64,000 nucleotides of DNA from an uncultured Gemmatimonadales bacterium (GCA_963716255.1 OY970303.1:1984001-2048000); one strand, 5' to 3'; counted from the first letter of the stretch, positions 9,298 through 19,852 are shown. Notes: generated from the sequence alone by a model not told the origin. Numbers and translations: made by a program.

Positions 9298-10575
9298 TCA
9301 GCCCACGCCCCCTCCGGCGACCGGGAGGGTAAAGAAGAAGGTGCTCCCCGAGCCCACCACGCTCGCCGCCCAGATGCGCCCCCCGTGCTGCTGCACGATG
9401 CTCCGGCAGATCGGCAGCCCCAGCCCCGTCCCGCCCTTCTCGCGCGCGTCCGAGCTGTCCACCTGGCGGAAGCGGTCGAAGACCACGTCCAGCATCTCCG
9501 GCGGGATGCCGCGGCCGTGGTCCCGCACCTGGAAGGCCGCCTCCTCGCCGCGCCGCTCCGCCAGCAGCTGCACCACCCCGCCCTGGGGCGAGAACTTCAC
9601 CGCGTTCGCCAGCAGGTTCACCAGCACCTGCACCAGGCGGTCCCGGTCCGCCAGCAGGGTGAGCTCCGGCGCCACGTCGCACTCCAGCCGCACCCCGGCC
9701 GCCGAGGCCGCGTGGCGCACCGAGTCCACCGCCTCCTCCACCAGCACCGCGGCGTGCACGTGCGTGCGCTCCAGCTCCATGGTGCCCGACTCCAGCCGCT
9801 CCAGGTCCAGCATGTCGTTGATCAGCCGCACCAGCCGGTCCGAGTTCTGGGCCGCGATCTGCACCATTCGCCGCGCCTGCGGCGACGCCGGGTCCATGCT
9901 CCCGCTGGCGAGCAGCCCCAGGCTGCCGCGGATGGAGGTGAGCGGCGTGCGCAGCTCGTGCGCCACCACCGACACCAGCTCGTCCTTGAGCCGCTCCAGC
10001 TGCTTGCGCGCGGACAGGTCCAGGCGCAGCTCGATCTCGGTCACCACCGACGCCGCCAGGTCGCCCAGCACCGCCAGCTCCCGCTCCGTCCACTCCCGGG
10101 GCTCGAAGCCGGCCACGCACAGCGACCCCAGCACCACGCCGCTCGACAGCAGCAGCGGGATCCCCAGGTAGCACACCAGGCCCAGCTCCGTGGTCATGCG
10201 GCTGGCCGAGACGCGGTCGTCCAGGCGGGCGTCCGCGATCACCACGGGCTCGCGCTCCACCACCACCCACCTGCAGTACGAGTCCGCCAGCGGCGCCTCC
10301 ACGTCGCCCGGCCAGTCCGGCGGAACGAAGCAGCTCTTGGAGTACTGCTTCTCGTCATCCACCACGTTCACCAGCGCGAGCGGCGTGTTCAGGAACCCGG
10401 CCGCCAGGCGGGTGAGGCGGTCGAACGCCTCCTCCGCCGGCGATCCCACCAGGTTGCTCGCCGCGAGCACGGCGAGCCGGGCCGGGTCGCGCAGGGCGGG
10501 TTGATCCGGCTCGTTCGCCGTGGAGGCGCCGCCGGCCAGTTCGGATTTGTGCACGGGATGAGATGGATTGGACAT
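9298..10575 (-). CDS. GAF sensor histidine kinase
   Basis: FDRLTRLA GAF; HELRTP H-box; NAVKF, DHGRGI and GTGLGL boxes. Confidence 0.95.
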   Translation of the reverse strand: MSNPSHPVHKSELAGGASTANEPDQPALRDPARLAVLAASNLVGSPAEEAFDRLTRLAAGFLNTPLALVNVVDDEKQYSKSCFVPPDWPGDVEAPLADSYCRWVVVEREPVVIADARLDDRVSASRMTTELGLVCYLGIPLLLSSGVVLGSLCVAGFEPREWTERELAVLGDLAASVVTEIELRLDLSARKQLERLKDELVSVVAHELRTPLTSIRGSLGLLASGSMDPASPQARRMVQIAAQNSDRLVRLINDMLDLERLESGTMELERTHVHAAVLVEEAVDSVRHAASAAGVRLECDVAPELTLLADRDRLVQVLVNLLANAVKFSPQGGVVQLLAERRGEEAAFQVRDHGRGIPPEMLDVVFDRFRQVDSSDAREKGGTGLGLPICRSIVQQHGGRIWAASVVGSGSTFFFTLPVAGGGVG

Positions 10576-10615
10576 GGACTGCGCGCCGCCGCCGCGGACC
10601 GGGAGCGGTCCGCCG

Positions 10616-11014
10616 TCAGGGCCGGCCGGCGGGAGGGAGCGGGTGCTCCACGATCAGGTGCTCCGTCACGGGGACCCCGCCCACCAGGTGCTCCTGGATG
10701 ATGCGCTCCAGCACCGGCGGGTCGCACCGCGAGTACCAGGCGCCCTCCGGGTACACCACCGCCACCGGTCCGCCCTCGCAGATCCGCAGGCAGTTGGCCT
10801 TGGTGCGGAACACCCCGCCCTGCTCCGAGAGCCCCAGCTCCTTCAGGCGCCGCTTCAGGTAGTCCCAGGCCACCAGCGACCGCTCCGGGTCGCAGCACTT
10901 GGCCTTGGTCTGGTCCGCGCACAGAAAGATGTGCCGCCGCGTCGCGGGAATCCCCAGCGCCCCGGCGATGCGCCGCAGCCGCTCCGGGTCGGCGGAGGTG
11001 TCGATCTCGGTCAT
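10616..11014 (-). CDS. Thioredoxin-like [2Fe-2S] ferredoxin
   Basis: HIFLC...KCC...[20 protein letters not shown]. Confidence 0.9.
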   Translation of the reverse strand: MTEIDTSADPERLRRIAGALGIPATRRHIFLCADQTKAKCCDPERSLVAWDYLKRRLKELGLSEQGGVFRTKANCLRICEGGPVAVVYPEGAWYSRCDPPVLERIIQEHLVGGVPVTEHLIVEHPLPPAGRP

Positions 11015-11258
11015 CGCAGTCGGTGGAACGGGACGACGGAGCGGGCGCCGGGGAGGTCGTCCCCGGCGCCCGCTCGGAGGTGGGCCCATCCCGGCCCCGC
11101 CGCTACCGCCGAATCACGCGCAGCAGGCGGAGCAGCACCGGGAAGAATCGCCCCAGCACCCGCGTCACCATCGCGAGCAGGGCCGATTGGAAGAGCCAGC
11201 GCAGGACGACGAACATGGGCGAAGCCGGGTTGCGGTGGGAGAAGCGTTCCTGCCGCCA

Positions 11259-11813
11259 CTACGGCGTGCCCGTGCTCGCGGTTTCAACCCCCGCCGCCGC
11301 GCTCTGCCGCACCGGCGAGGCGCTGAACATCTGCGAGCGGATCTTCCAGCTCCGGCCGTCGCGCCGAAAGAGCATCACGTACGTCCCCGAGACGGCCGGC
11401 GAGCTCTCGCCCTGCTCGTTCTGGTACCAGAAGCTCCCGAACGCGTAGGCCACGCTGCCGCTCGCCACGAAGTCGTCCACCGCCACCTGGATCACGCCGC
11501 TGGTGGAAAGGATGCCCCCGAAGCCCGACTCGATCTCCTGGCGCCCCCGCAGCGGCTTGCCGTCGCCGATCAGCAGGAGCGCGTCGTCCGTGTAGAAGCG
11601 CGAGGCCCCGCGGGCGTCGTTGCGCGCCCACGCGCCCCGCCACTCCGCCAGCATCCCGCTCACCCCGCGCAGCGACTCCGCGTTGAATTCCCGCATTTCC
11701 TGCTTGCTGTCCGTCCCCCGCGGCACGGGGAGCACCTGCGCCCGCGCGGCGCCCGCGCCGAGTACGGCGATGAAAGCGAGGAGAACGGAGCGGCAAAGGA
11801 GGCGAATGCGCAT
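11259..11813 (-). CDS. Secreted NTF2/SnoaL-like (DUF4440-type) protein
   Basis: Signal peptide; FYTDDA, GRQEI, GTY..RRDGRSWKI. Confidence 0.8.
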   Translation of the reverse strand: MRIRLLCRSVLLAFIAVLGAGAARAQVLPVPRGTDSKQEMREFNAESLRGVSGMLAEWRGAWARNDARGASRFYTDDALLLIGDGKPLRGRQEIESGFGGILSTSGVIQVAVDDFVASGSVAYAFGSFWYQNEQGESSPAVSGTYVMLFRRDGRSWKIRSQMFSASPVRQSAAAGVETASTGTP

Positions 11814-11959
11814 GTCGGGACTTCGATGGAAGGATGCAGGTTGTGCGGCAAGGCCAATTTAGCGGCCCCGGCGAAAAAAAACGAGTCCCCGCGCTCCCCG
11901 CGGGGAGCCGGCGGCCACACGCCGCGCGGGGGACCGGCCGTCCGGTCCCCCGCGCACCG

Positions 11960-12676
11960 TCAGAAGGAGGGCGTCCCCCCCGTTCCCGAGGCACCGCCCG
12001 GGTCGTCGCGCGAGTCGGGGGTGGGCCACTCCCGCGTCGTCTCCTTGGGCGGGTCCGCGGGCGAGGTCACGTCCCCCGGATCCGTGGGCCAGGCGCTGGT
12101 ACCCGCGGAGGCCGTCCCGGGATCCATCCCGCCCGTTCCCCCGCCGGACACCGGCGGCTCCGCCGCGGCCGGAGTGGCAGGTGAGGCGGGTGAAGTCCCC
12201 GCCGCGCCCCCCGCCCACCCGCCCGCCGAAGCCGTGCCCGCCGAAGCCGTGCCTGCCGAAGCCGTGCCTGCCGAAGCCGTGCCCGTCGAGGCCGAACCTG
12301 TCGAGCCCGTCGATCCCCCGGACGTCCCCGGGGCCGGCGGCGTGTCCGCGGCCGCTCCGCCCTGCCTCTCCTCCGCGCGCGTGGCCCGAGCCTCGAACTC
12401 GCGGCGCAGCCCCTCCAGCGCCGACTGCATGCGGCCGAGCACCGCGTCGATCCGCGGCTGGAAGTCCGACACGAAGCTGTCCACCTTTGGCCGCGCGCGG
12501 CTGCGGGCCTCGTCCACCTTCGGCTTCACGTCCTCCAGCGCCGCATCCACGCGCTCCTCCAGTTCCTCCAGCGCCCGCCGCACCTTCGGACGGATCTCCT
12601 CCATCGCCGCCTCGATCTTCCGGTTCAGCTCCTCCAAAGGATCGCGGCGGCCGGTCGGCTCGTTCTGGTTCTCCAT
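11960..12676 (-). CDS. Hypothetical protein, amphipathic helical N-terminus and low-complexity tail
   Basis: Repeated xPKV/xPRI helical units; TASAG repeats; GGAG upstream. Confidence 0.7.
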   Translation of the reverse strand: MENQNEPTGRRDPLEELNRKIEAAMEEIRPKVRRALEELEERVDAALEDVKPKVDEARSRARPKVDSFVSDFQPRIDAVLGRMQSALEGLRREFEARATRAEERQGGAAADTPPAPGTSGGSTGSTGSASTGTASAGTASAGTASAGTASAGGWAGGAAGTSPASPATPAAAEPPVSGGGTGGMDPGTASAGTSAWPTDPGDVTSPADPPKETTREWPTPDSRDDPGGASGTGGTPSF

Positions 12677-12804
12677 GATCGTCTCCAGGACTGTGCGTGC
12701 GGACGCCGGCTAGCCCGGCGCCTGGTTCCACTACGGCGGTGTACGGATCTGGTTTCGTGGCAAAACGCACACCGTACGGAAGAACGGCGTTGAACGGCGG
12801 GTTT

Positions 12805-12933
12805 GGGCGTGCCCCCGGCTGGCGCCGGGGTCGGGCTTCGGCTCCGTAACGCACGAAACAACCGTGCGTAACGGAGTCGAGCCCGCGCAAACAGCCGCGC
12901 GGTCTCGCCCCTTCGGGCCGAAATCCCTCACGC
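12805..12933 (+). repeat. Structured element A, copy 4
   Basis: Full GGGCGTG...CCCTCACGC core. Confidence 0.95.
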
Positions 12934-13186
12934 GGCATGGCGCTGGCGTCCGCGGGAGGGCCCCCACCCGGCTCGCTCAGGCTCGCACGGCTTTCCCCCT
13001 ATATTCCCCAATCCTGGAGGAGGATTTCCTGTCGTTCTGGGATCTGCCCCGGCCGACCCCATACCCAGAGCTCCCCGAAGCGCGCCTATCCGTTTCTCGA
13101 CATCCGCCGCCCGAACCGCCATATTACGCGATTGCACCGCGGGGCACCCCCCGCACCATATCCGTAAATCCCGAGGGAGACATACG

Positions 13187-14356
13187 ATGGCAAGCGTTGA
13201 CCTGGCGACCGGCGGCGCGCCGCTGACGGTTCTGAGCGAAGACGAGCAGATGTTCCGCGACCTCGTGCGGCAGTTCGCCGACGACGAGGTCCGCCCGCGC
13301 GTCCACGCCATGGACGAGAAGCAGCAGATGGACCCGGCGCTCATCCCGCAGTTCTTCGAGATGGGGCTCATGGGGATCGAGGTCCCCGAGGAGCTGGGCG
13401 GCGCCGGGGTGTCGTTCTTCACCGCCGCGCTCGTGGTCGAGGAGCTGTCGCGCGTGGACGCCAGCGTCGGCGTGTTCGTGGACGTGCAGAACACGCTGGT
13501 GAACAACGCCTTCCTGCGCTGGGGCTCCGAGGAGCTCAAGGCCCGCTACCTCCCGCAGCTCGCCTCCGAGAAGGTGGGCGCCTACGCACTCTCCGAGGCC
13601 GGCTCCGGCTCCGACGCGTTCGCCCTGGCCACCCGCGGCGTCAAGGCCGACGGCGGCTTCCGCCTCACCGGGCGCAAGCTGTGGATCACCAACGGCGCAG
13701 AAGCCGAGGTGTTCATCGTCTTCGCGAACGTGGACCCCGCCGCCGGCTACAAGGGGATCACCGCCTTCATCGTGGAAAAGAGCTTCGACGGCTTTTCCGT
13801 CGGCAAGAAGGAGGATAAGCTGGGGATCCGCGCCTCCTCCACCACCGAGCTGGTCCTGGAAGACGTCTTCGTCCCCGCCGAGAACGTCCTGGGCGAGGTG
13901 GGCAAGGGGTACAAGGCCGCCATCGAGACCCTCAACGAGGGCCGCATCGGCATCGGCGCGCAGATGATCGGGATCGGGCAGGGAGCGCTGGACGCCACCG
14001 CCAGGTACGTGATGGAGCGCGAGCAGTTCGGCAAGAAGATCGGCGACTTCCAGGGCGTACAGTTCCAGATCGCGCAGATGGCCGTGGAACTGGAGGCCGC
14101 CCGCCTGATGGTCTACAACGCCGCCCGCCTCAAGGACGCCGGCCAGCCCTTCCTCCAGCAGGCGGCCATGGCCAAGCTGTTCTCCTCGCAGGTCGCCCAG
14201 CGCATCGCCTCCCAGTGCATCGACCTGTACGGCGGCTACGGCTTCACCCGCGAGTACCCGGTGGAAAAGTTCTACCGCGACAGCAAGATCGGCACGATCT
14301 ACGAGGGAACGAGCAACATGCAGCTCCAGACCATCGCCAGGAACATCCTGAAGTAG
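13187..14356 (+). CDS. Acyl-CoA dehydrogenase (short/branched-chain type)
   Basis: YALSEAGSGSD, GRKLWITNG, REQFGK, IYEGTSN. Confidence 0.96.
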   Translation: MASVDLATGGAPLTVLSEDEQMFRDLVRQFADDEVRPRVHAMDEKQQMDPALIPQFFEMGLMGIEVPEELGGAGVSFFTAALVVEELSRVDASVGVFVDVQNTLVNNAFLRWGSEELKARYLPQLASEKVGAYALSEAGSGSDAFALATRGVKADGGFRLTGRKLWITNGAEAEVFIVFANVDPAAGYKGITAFIVEKSFDGFSVGKKEDKLGIRASSTTELVLEDVFVPAENVLGEVGKGYKAAIETLNEGRIGIGAQMIGIGQGALDATARYVMEREQFGKKIGDFQGVQFQIAQMAVELEAARLMVYNAARLKDAGQPFLQQAAMAKLFSSQVAQRIASQCIDLYGGYGFTREYPVEKFYRDSKIGTIYEGTSNMQLQTIARNILK

Positions 14357-14382
14357 CCCCCCGGTCTGGAGCGAGACGAAAC

Positions 14383-14419
14383 GACAGGGGCCCCGGCGCA
14401 GCGCGCCGGGGCCCCTGTC
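14383..14419. terminator. GC-rich hairpin after acyl-CoA dehydrogenase
   Basis: GACAGGGG(G)CCCCGGCGC..GCGCCGGGGCCCCTGTC inverted repeat; weak U-tract. Confidence 0.5.
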
Positions 14420-14434
14420 CGTCATCGAAAACCC

Positions 14435-14567
14435 GCGTGAGGGATTTCGGCCCGAAGGGGCGAGACCCGGCGGGGCTGTTTCCGCCGGGGCTCGACTCCG
14501 TTGGGCTGCGTTGTTTGCAGCCCTACGGAGCCGAAGCCCGACCCCGGCGCCCGCCGGGGGCACGCCC
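14435..14567 (-). repeat. Structured element A, copy 5
   Basis: Full core; variable stem GGGCTGC/GCAGCCC. Confidence 0.95.
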
Positions 14568-14597
14568 AAACCAGCCGTGCAAACCCGCCATCCCACC

Positions 14598-14634
14598 AAA
14601 GCAAAGGGCCCCCCGGAAACCCGGGAGGCCCTTC
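14598..14634 (-). terminator. Probable intrinsic terminator after susD-like gene
   Basis: AAGGGCCTCCCGG..CCGGGGGGCCCTTTGCTTT on the minus strand. Confidence 0.6.
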
Positions 14635-14655
14635 GCATCACACCGGCCGATCAGC

Positions 14656-16101
14656 CTACTTGTCCCACCACATGCGCGTGCTGAGCGCGTCGCCGCCCAT
14701 CGCCGAGACCGCCGCGTTCACGTTGGCCTCGTTGAAGGTGAACTCCGTGGTCGGGTAGTTCAGACGACGCGGGATCGCGGTGACGCCCGCCGTCGGCGAC
14801 TTCGCCAGCGTGAGGGGCGGCTGCCCCGTGCGCCGGTACTCGGCCCACGCCTCGACCCCCTGGCCGTAGAGCGAGATCCACTTCTGCACGTAGATCTGGT
14901 TCAGCCCAGCGGCCCCGCCCTTGTACTGCACGGCGGGCTGGGCCAGGTACGCGTCGATGGACGCGGTGGGCACGCCGACGGTCTGCATCGCGGCACGGAT
15001 GCCGTCGTTGTAGAACGTCGCGGCGCTCCCCGTGATCCACCCCTTCTCGACGGCCTCGGCCTTGAGGAAGGCCACCTCGGAGTAGTTCATCAGGAACGAC
15101 GGCGAGGTCATCGACGCGAAGAACGTCCCGATCTTCGACGTCTTGGTCAGGCCGAGCCCGGTCGCCACGCTGCTCGTCAGCCCGTTGGGCACGCCGAAGT
15201 ACTCACCCGTGTCCGCCGCCTTCTGGGCGTAGACCGCGAGGCGCGGGTCGTTCAGCCCCTTGAGCGTGTTCACCGTCGTCTCGCTGACGCGGTGGTCGTC
15301 GCGGGTGCGGTTGTTGTTGAAGATCGGGTTCTCGTTGGCCCGCACGTCGCCGGTCCAGGTCAGCTTGGCGTCGTCCGCCACGCTGGTCATGGGGCCGGCG
15401 TTGTACGCCGCCACGAAGGCGGTGCGCGCCGTGGCCGCGTCGGCCTTGGACATGCGCATCGCGTACCGCATGCGCAGCGAGTTGGCGAACTTCTGCCACC
15501 GCCCCGCGTTGCCGCCGAAGACCGGGTCGGCGCCGGCGTACACCGTCGTCACCCCGGTCAGCACCTGGTTGGCCTTGGTCAGGTCGCTGAGGATCCCCGC
15601 GTAGATGTCCTTCTGGGCATCGTACTTGGGGGTGATGATGATCTCCTTGTCGGAGCCGCGGTTGGCCTCCGAGTACGGGATGTCGCCCCAGGTGTCGGTC
15701 ATGGCCCCGAAGGTCCACGACTTCATCACCAGCGCCGGCCCGGTGAGCGCCGGCTGCTTGAGCGCCTCGGCCTGCTCGATCGTGGCGCGGAAGTCCTGCA
15801 GCGGCCCCGAGTAGGCGTTGCGGAACCACCCGTTGATCGCGTCCACGCGGATCGCGTAGCGATCCTCCTCCGTGTACTGGATCTTCGCGATGTGCTGCGC
15901 CCACAGCGAGGAGAACGTCAGGTCGAAGTCCGAGCCGCGGAAGAGCGTGACCGTGGCCACCACTCCCTGCGGGAACAGCAGCTGGGGCGTCACCGCCTCC
16001 GGCGCGTTCGGGTTCTTGTTGATGTCGGTGAGCCCCTCGTCGCAGGCTCCGGCGAGCAGCGCGAGCGCCACCACGGGTCCCAGCTTGTATGTCGTCTTCA
16101 T
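14656..16101 (-). CDS. SusD/RagB family lipoprotein
   Basis: Lipobox LAGAC-D, NKNPN, WGDIPYSEA, QKWI, EAWAEYRRTG, WWD end. Confidence 0.93.
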   Translation of the reverse strand: MKTTYKLGPVVALALLAGACDEGLTDINKNPNAPEAVTPQLLFPQGVVATVTLFRGSDFDLTFSSLWAQHIAKIQYTEEDRYAIRVDAINGWFRNAYSGPLQDFRATIEQAEALKQPALTGPALVMKSWTFGAMTDTWGDIPYSEANRGSDKEIIITPKYDAQKDIYAGILSDLTKANQVLTGVTTVYAGADPVFGGNAGRWQKFANSLRMRYAMRMSKADAATARTAFVAAYNAGPMTSVADDAKLTWTGDVRANENPIFNNNRTRDDHRVSETTVNTLKGLNDPRLAVYAQKAADTGEYFGVPNGLTSSVATGLGLTKTSKIGTFFASMTSPSFLMNYSEVAFLKAEAVEKGWITGSAATFYNDGIRAAMQTVGVPTASIDAYLAQPAVQYKGGAAGLNQIYVQKWISLYGQGVEAWAEYRRTGQPPLTLAKSPTAGVTAIPRRLNYPTTEFTFNEANVNAAVSAMGGDALSTRMWWDK

Positions 16102-16131
16102 GCCATCATCATCGTTCAGGGTGAACCCGGC

Positions 16132-19100
16132 TTACGGGGTGACGGTCACGTTGAAGCCGATGCTGCGCGCCGTCGGGAGCTGGCCGAACTCGATGCCCTG
16201 CTGGTTGCCGGCGGAGAACGCCGTCTCGGGATCGATGTGCGGCGCGTCCGTCCAGAGCGCCAGGTTGCGGCCCACCAGCGAGAGGTTCATCCCGGACAGG
16301 CCCACGCGGCGGGTCAGCGTCCCCGGCACGTTGTAGCCCAGCTTGACCTCGCGCAGCTTCACGAAGCTGGCGTCGTAGATCCACGCCTCGTGCAGCTGGA
16401 AGAGCACGTCCTGCAGGAGCTTCGGGTCCACCCGCTGGGTGTTCGGCTGGCCGCTCTCGGTCACGCCCTCGAACAGGTAGCCGTTGGTGGCGCAGGTGTT
16501 CCCGCCGTCGGACGCCGGGAAGTTGCAGCGGCCCTCGACCGACTCCTCGAGCACGCCGGCGTAGTTGCCGAACATGTTCGTGACGGAGAAGATCTCGCCG
16601 CCCTGCTTGGTGTCCACCAGGAAGCTCAGGTCCAGGTTGCGGAAGCGCAGCGTGCTGCCGATGCTGCCGCTCCAGTCCGGCGTGTAGGACCCCAGCACCT
16701 GCGGCCCGGCCGCGATGGTCGGGAAGCCGTCCGCGTCCACGATGATGCGGCCCTGCTCGTCGCGGTTGAACGCGGCGCCGTACAGCGCGCCGTACGCCTC
16801 GTCCTTGCGGGCCTGCACCAGGAGGCCCCAGTAGCCGGTCCCGTTCAGCGAGACCGCCGGCAGGTCGCCGTACAGGTCCTCGACCTGGTTCTTGTTGCGG
16901 GCGTAGTTGACCGTCACGTCCCACTCGAACCCGTTGTCCAGGCGCACCGGCGTGGCCGAGAGCTGGAGCTCGACGCCGCGGTTGCTGATCGTCCCGGCGT
17001 TCAGGATCTGCTCCTGGAAGCCCGAGGCTCCGGAGACCGTCGCCGAGAGGATCTGGTTGGCGGTGCTCTGGTCGTAGTAGGTCACGTCCACGCCCAGCCG
17101 GTCCTCGAGGAACCGGAACTCGGCGCCCGCCTCCCAAGAGGTGGTCTCCTCCGGCTTCAGGTTCACGTTGGGGATGGCGTTGGGCACCGCGTAGCGCGGG
17201 ATGGTGCCGAACGGAGTCCCGGCCGTGTACGTCAGCGAGGTCTGGTACGGATCGGCGTCGTTGCCCACGCGCGCCCAGCTCGCCCGCACCTTGCCGAAGG
17301 ACAGCACGCTGCCCAGGAAGGACGGGAACGCGTCCGTGAAGACGAAGCTCGACGAGATGGACGGGTAGAAGTACGAGTTGTTCCCCGCCGGCAGCGTCGA
17401 GGACCAGTCGTTACGGCCGGTCACGTCCACGAACCAGAAGTCGTTGAACGCGAACTGCGCCTGCCCGTACAGCGAGTTGATCTGCTTCTCGCGCGACTCG
17501 GCGAACAGCGTCGGCCGGGTCGAGGAGTTGGTGATGTTGTACACGCCCGGCACGACCAGGTCGTACGCCGACTCCTCGTTGTAGCGGAAGTCGTACACGC
17601 GCCGGTTGCCGCCGAAGTTGAACGTCAGCCCCAGGGCGGTGCCCAGGTCCCGGTTCGCGGTCAGCAGGAAGTCCGTGTTGTTTTCCTGCGTGAAGATGTT
17701 CTCTTCCTCGAACCCGCCCGACACGGGGCTCGCCGTCATCGCGATGGTGCCCGGGGCGTAGTGGCGCCGGCGGTAGTCGCGGTACCAGTCGGTCCCGGAG
17801 CGGACCATGGCGTTCAGCCACGGGGTGAACTGGTAGCTCGCCTGCACGTTCCCGATGACGCGGTCACGCTCATCGAAGTTGTTGTCGAGCTGGGCGACCC
17901 AGTACGGGTTGTTGTGGTAGTTGTGGTTCCAGTTGTACTGGCCGAGGCTCTCGTCGCGGAGCTGGGTGAGAAGCCCGGTGTCGACCGTGCGGCCGAACCA
18001 CACGAACTGCTCCATGACGTTGGTCGCGTCGTAGCCGGTGCCCGGGCGGTTCTTGCCATCGGTGGCGATGTACTGCACCGAGGCGTCCGCGCGCAGCTTG
18101 TCGGTCAGGTTGATCCCGCCGTTGAGCGCGCCGGTGAGCCGGTTCAGCTCGTTGCTGGGGTACATGCCGTCCTGGTCCATGTTGGTCAAGGACAGGCGGA
18201 CGTTCGCCCGGTCGTTGCTCGTGGCGAGCGCCACGTTGGTGGTCAGCGTGCGGCCGGTGTCGAAGAAGTTGCGCACGTTGTCCGGCTGGCAGACGAACGG
18301 AGCCGGCTGGCCGCCGCTGAAGAACTGCGGGATCATGCGGCCGTCGCAGCGCGGGCCCCAGCTCTCGTCCACGCCGTCGTTGGTCCCGCCGCCGGCGCCG
18401 TCCACGTACGCAAACTGGCCCTCGGCGCCCTGGCCGAAGGTGTTCTGGTACTCGGGGAGGCGGAGCGGGTCCTCGAAGCTGACGTTCTGCGTCACCGAGA
18501 TGCCCAGGCCGCGGGAGTTCTTCCCGGACTTGGTGGTGATCACGATGGCCCCGTTGGCCGCGCGGGAGCCGTACAGCGCCGCCGCGTTCGGGCCCTTGAG
18601 GACGGTGATCGACTCGATGTCGTTGGGGTTGACGTCCGACGCCGCGTTGCCGTAGTCGTAGCCGCCGTAGCCCACGCGGTCGGGCTGCGTCCGCGCGATC
18701 GGGTTGGTCGGGAACGAGTTGTCGATCGGCACGCCGTCGACGATGAAGAGCGGCTGGTTATTGCCCTTGATGGAGCTGGCCCCGCGGATGACCACGCGCG
18801 AAGAGCCGCCCTGCGGGCCGGCGTTGGTGACCTCGAGACCCGAGACCTTGCCCGCGAGGGCGTTGACGATGTTGGTCTCGCGCGCCTCGGTCAGGTCCTC
18901 GCCGCGCACGCTCTGCACCGCCGTGCCGACGGCCTTCTCCTGCTGCGTGATGCCCAGGGCGGTCACCACCAGCCCCTCGAGCGCCACCGCCTGCGAGCCC
19001 AGGCTGGCATTCACCGTGTTCCCGGTGATCGCGGCCTCTTCGCTGGTGACGGCCTGGCCGGAGAAGACCAGCCGCTGCGCGCCCGTGGGCACGGTGATGG

Positions 19101-19284
19101 TGTAGCGTCCGTTCTCGTCCGTGACGGCACGCACGTTGGTGCCCTTCACGGTGACCACCACGCCGGCGAGCGGGCTGCCCGCGTCGGACGTCACGGTCCC
19201 TGTGACCACACGGTCCTGCGCCCACGCGTGCTCGCTCCCGAGCACCAGGCAGGCCGTGGTCACGACCATTAGCAGTTTCTTCAT
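16132..19284 (-). CDS. SusC/RagA family TonB-dependent receptor
   Basis: VVTALGI, PLFIVDGVP, DIESITVLKGPNAAALYGSRAANGAIVITTK, LKPE. Confidence 0.96.
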   Translation of the reverse strand: MKKLLMVVTTACLVLGSEHAWAQDRVVTGTVTSDAGSPLAGVVVTVKGTNVRAVTDENGRYTITVPTGAQRLVFSGQAVTSEEAAITGNTVNASLGSQAVALEGLVVTALGITQQEKAVGTAVQSVRGEDLTEARETNIVNALAGKVSGLEVTNAGPQGGSSRVVIRGASSIKGNNQPLFIVDGVPIDNSFPTNPIARTQPDRVGYGGYDYGNAASDVNPNDIESITVLKGPNAAALYGSRAANGAIVITTKSGKNSRGLGISVTQNVSFEDPLRLPEYQNTFGQGAEGQFAYVDGAGGGTNDGVDESWGPRCDGRMIPQFFSGGQPAPFVCQPDNVRNFFDTGRTLTTNVALATSNDRANVRLSLTNMDQDGMYPSNELNRLTGALNGGINLTDKLRADASVQYIATDGKNRPGTGYDATNVMEQFVWFGRTVDTGLLTQLRDESLGQYNWNHNYHNNPYWVAQLDNNFDERDRVIGNVQASYQFTPWLNAMVRSGTDWYRDYRRRHYAPGTIAMTASPVSGGFEEENIFTQENNTDFLLTANRDLGTALGLTFNFGGNRRVYDFRYNEESAYDLVVPGVYNITNSSTRPTLFAESREKQINSLYGQAQFAFNDFWFVDVTGRNDWSSTLPAGNNSYFYPSISSSFVFTDAFPSFLGSVLSFGKVRASWARVGNDADPYQTSLTYTAGTPFGTIPRYAVPNAIPNVNLKPEETTSWEAGAEFRFLEDRLGVDVTYYDQSTANQILSATVSGASGFQEQILNAGTISNRGVELQLSATPVRLDNGFEWDVTVNYARNKNQVEDLYGDLPAVSLNGTGYWGLLVQARKDEAYGALYGAAFNRDEQGRIIVDADGFPTIAAGPQVLGSYTPDWSGSIGSTLRFRNLDLSFLVDTKQGGEIFSVTNMFGNYAGVLEESVEGRCNFPASDGGNTCATNGYLFEGVTESGQPNTQRVDPKLLQDVLFQLHEAWIYDASFVKLREVKLGYNVPGTLTRRVGLSGMNLSLVGRNLALWTDAPHIDPETAFSAGNQQGIEFGQLPTARSIGFNVTVTP

Positions 19285-19684
19285 CGTTGTCCTTGAGAAG
19301 AGATCATGACGAAGGTTCAAGCAGGACCCAGGTCGGGTCCCGCCGGAGCGCCGCCGTCGGCCGGGCCATGCCGCCACCGCCGCGCGACGCAACTGCGTCG
19401 GACTAGGTCTCGGTCATGGCGCGCCTCCTTGAAGAGAGTTCACGAGGTGGATCGCTGCTGCGGGCGGATACGACACGGGTGCGCCGGAGCGGGGGGCATG
19501 CACCCCGACTCAGGCGGACGGATCCGGAGGACCCGTGCGGGACCCGGCGTCGCGCGTATCGAAAGCCTGTACAGAATGGTCCGCAGACCCGGATTCTATG
19601 GAGGAAGAACCCCCGGACGGTGCCCTGCGCGATCGGCGTCGTTCCGAAACGAAGCTGCCCAGAGTACCGGAAAGGAGTCTTGCT

Positions 19685-19713
19685 ACTATAGAACGGCCGT
19701 CCGACCAAGTCAA
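19685..19713 (-). promoter_or_regulatory. Sigma70-type promoter of susC-like gene
   Basis: TTGACT-N17-TATAGT on the minus strand. Confidence 0.65.
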
Positions 19714-19811
19714 GAGCGGGTCACGGAAACGCAACCGGAGCATCGCCTTCACCAGCCATGCGTTTTATCTGTGCGCTCCGGCGGAGTCCTGGAGTGTGAG
19801 GCCGCGTCAGA

Positions 19812-19840
19812 TTGACAGCACGGATATTGCCGGGTAGCTT
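19812..19840 (+). promoter_or_regulatory. Sigma70-type promoter of riboswitch-terC transcript
   Basis: TTGACA-N17-TAGCTT, about 12 nt before the aptamer. Confidence 0.7.
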
Positions 19841-19852
19841 TCGCCGCTCACA

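Noticed and set aside
12805..12933. Element A as a tRNA, hammerhead ribozyme or classical MITE
   Set aside because: No T-loop/anticodon cloverleaf, no CUGAnGA/GAAA core in the right geometry, and no long terminal inverted repeats or evident target duplications.
14215..19272. Very long antisense or alternate-frame ORFs (e.g. 14215-19272 +, 41615-44938 -, 58159-61797 -, N-terminal parts of 56104 and 58020 ORFs)
   Set aside because: Shadows of real genes caused by high GC and codon bias; Arg/Gly/Ala-rich with no motifs.
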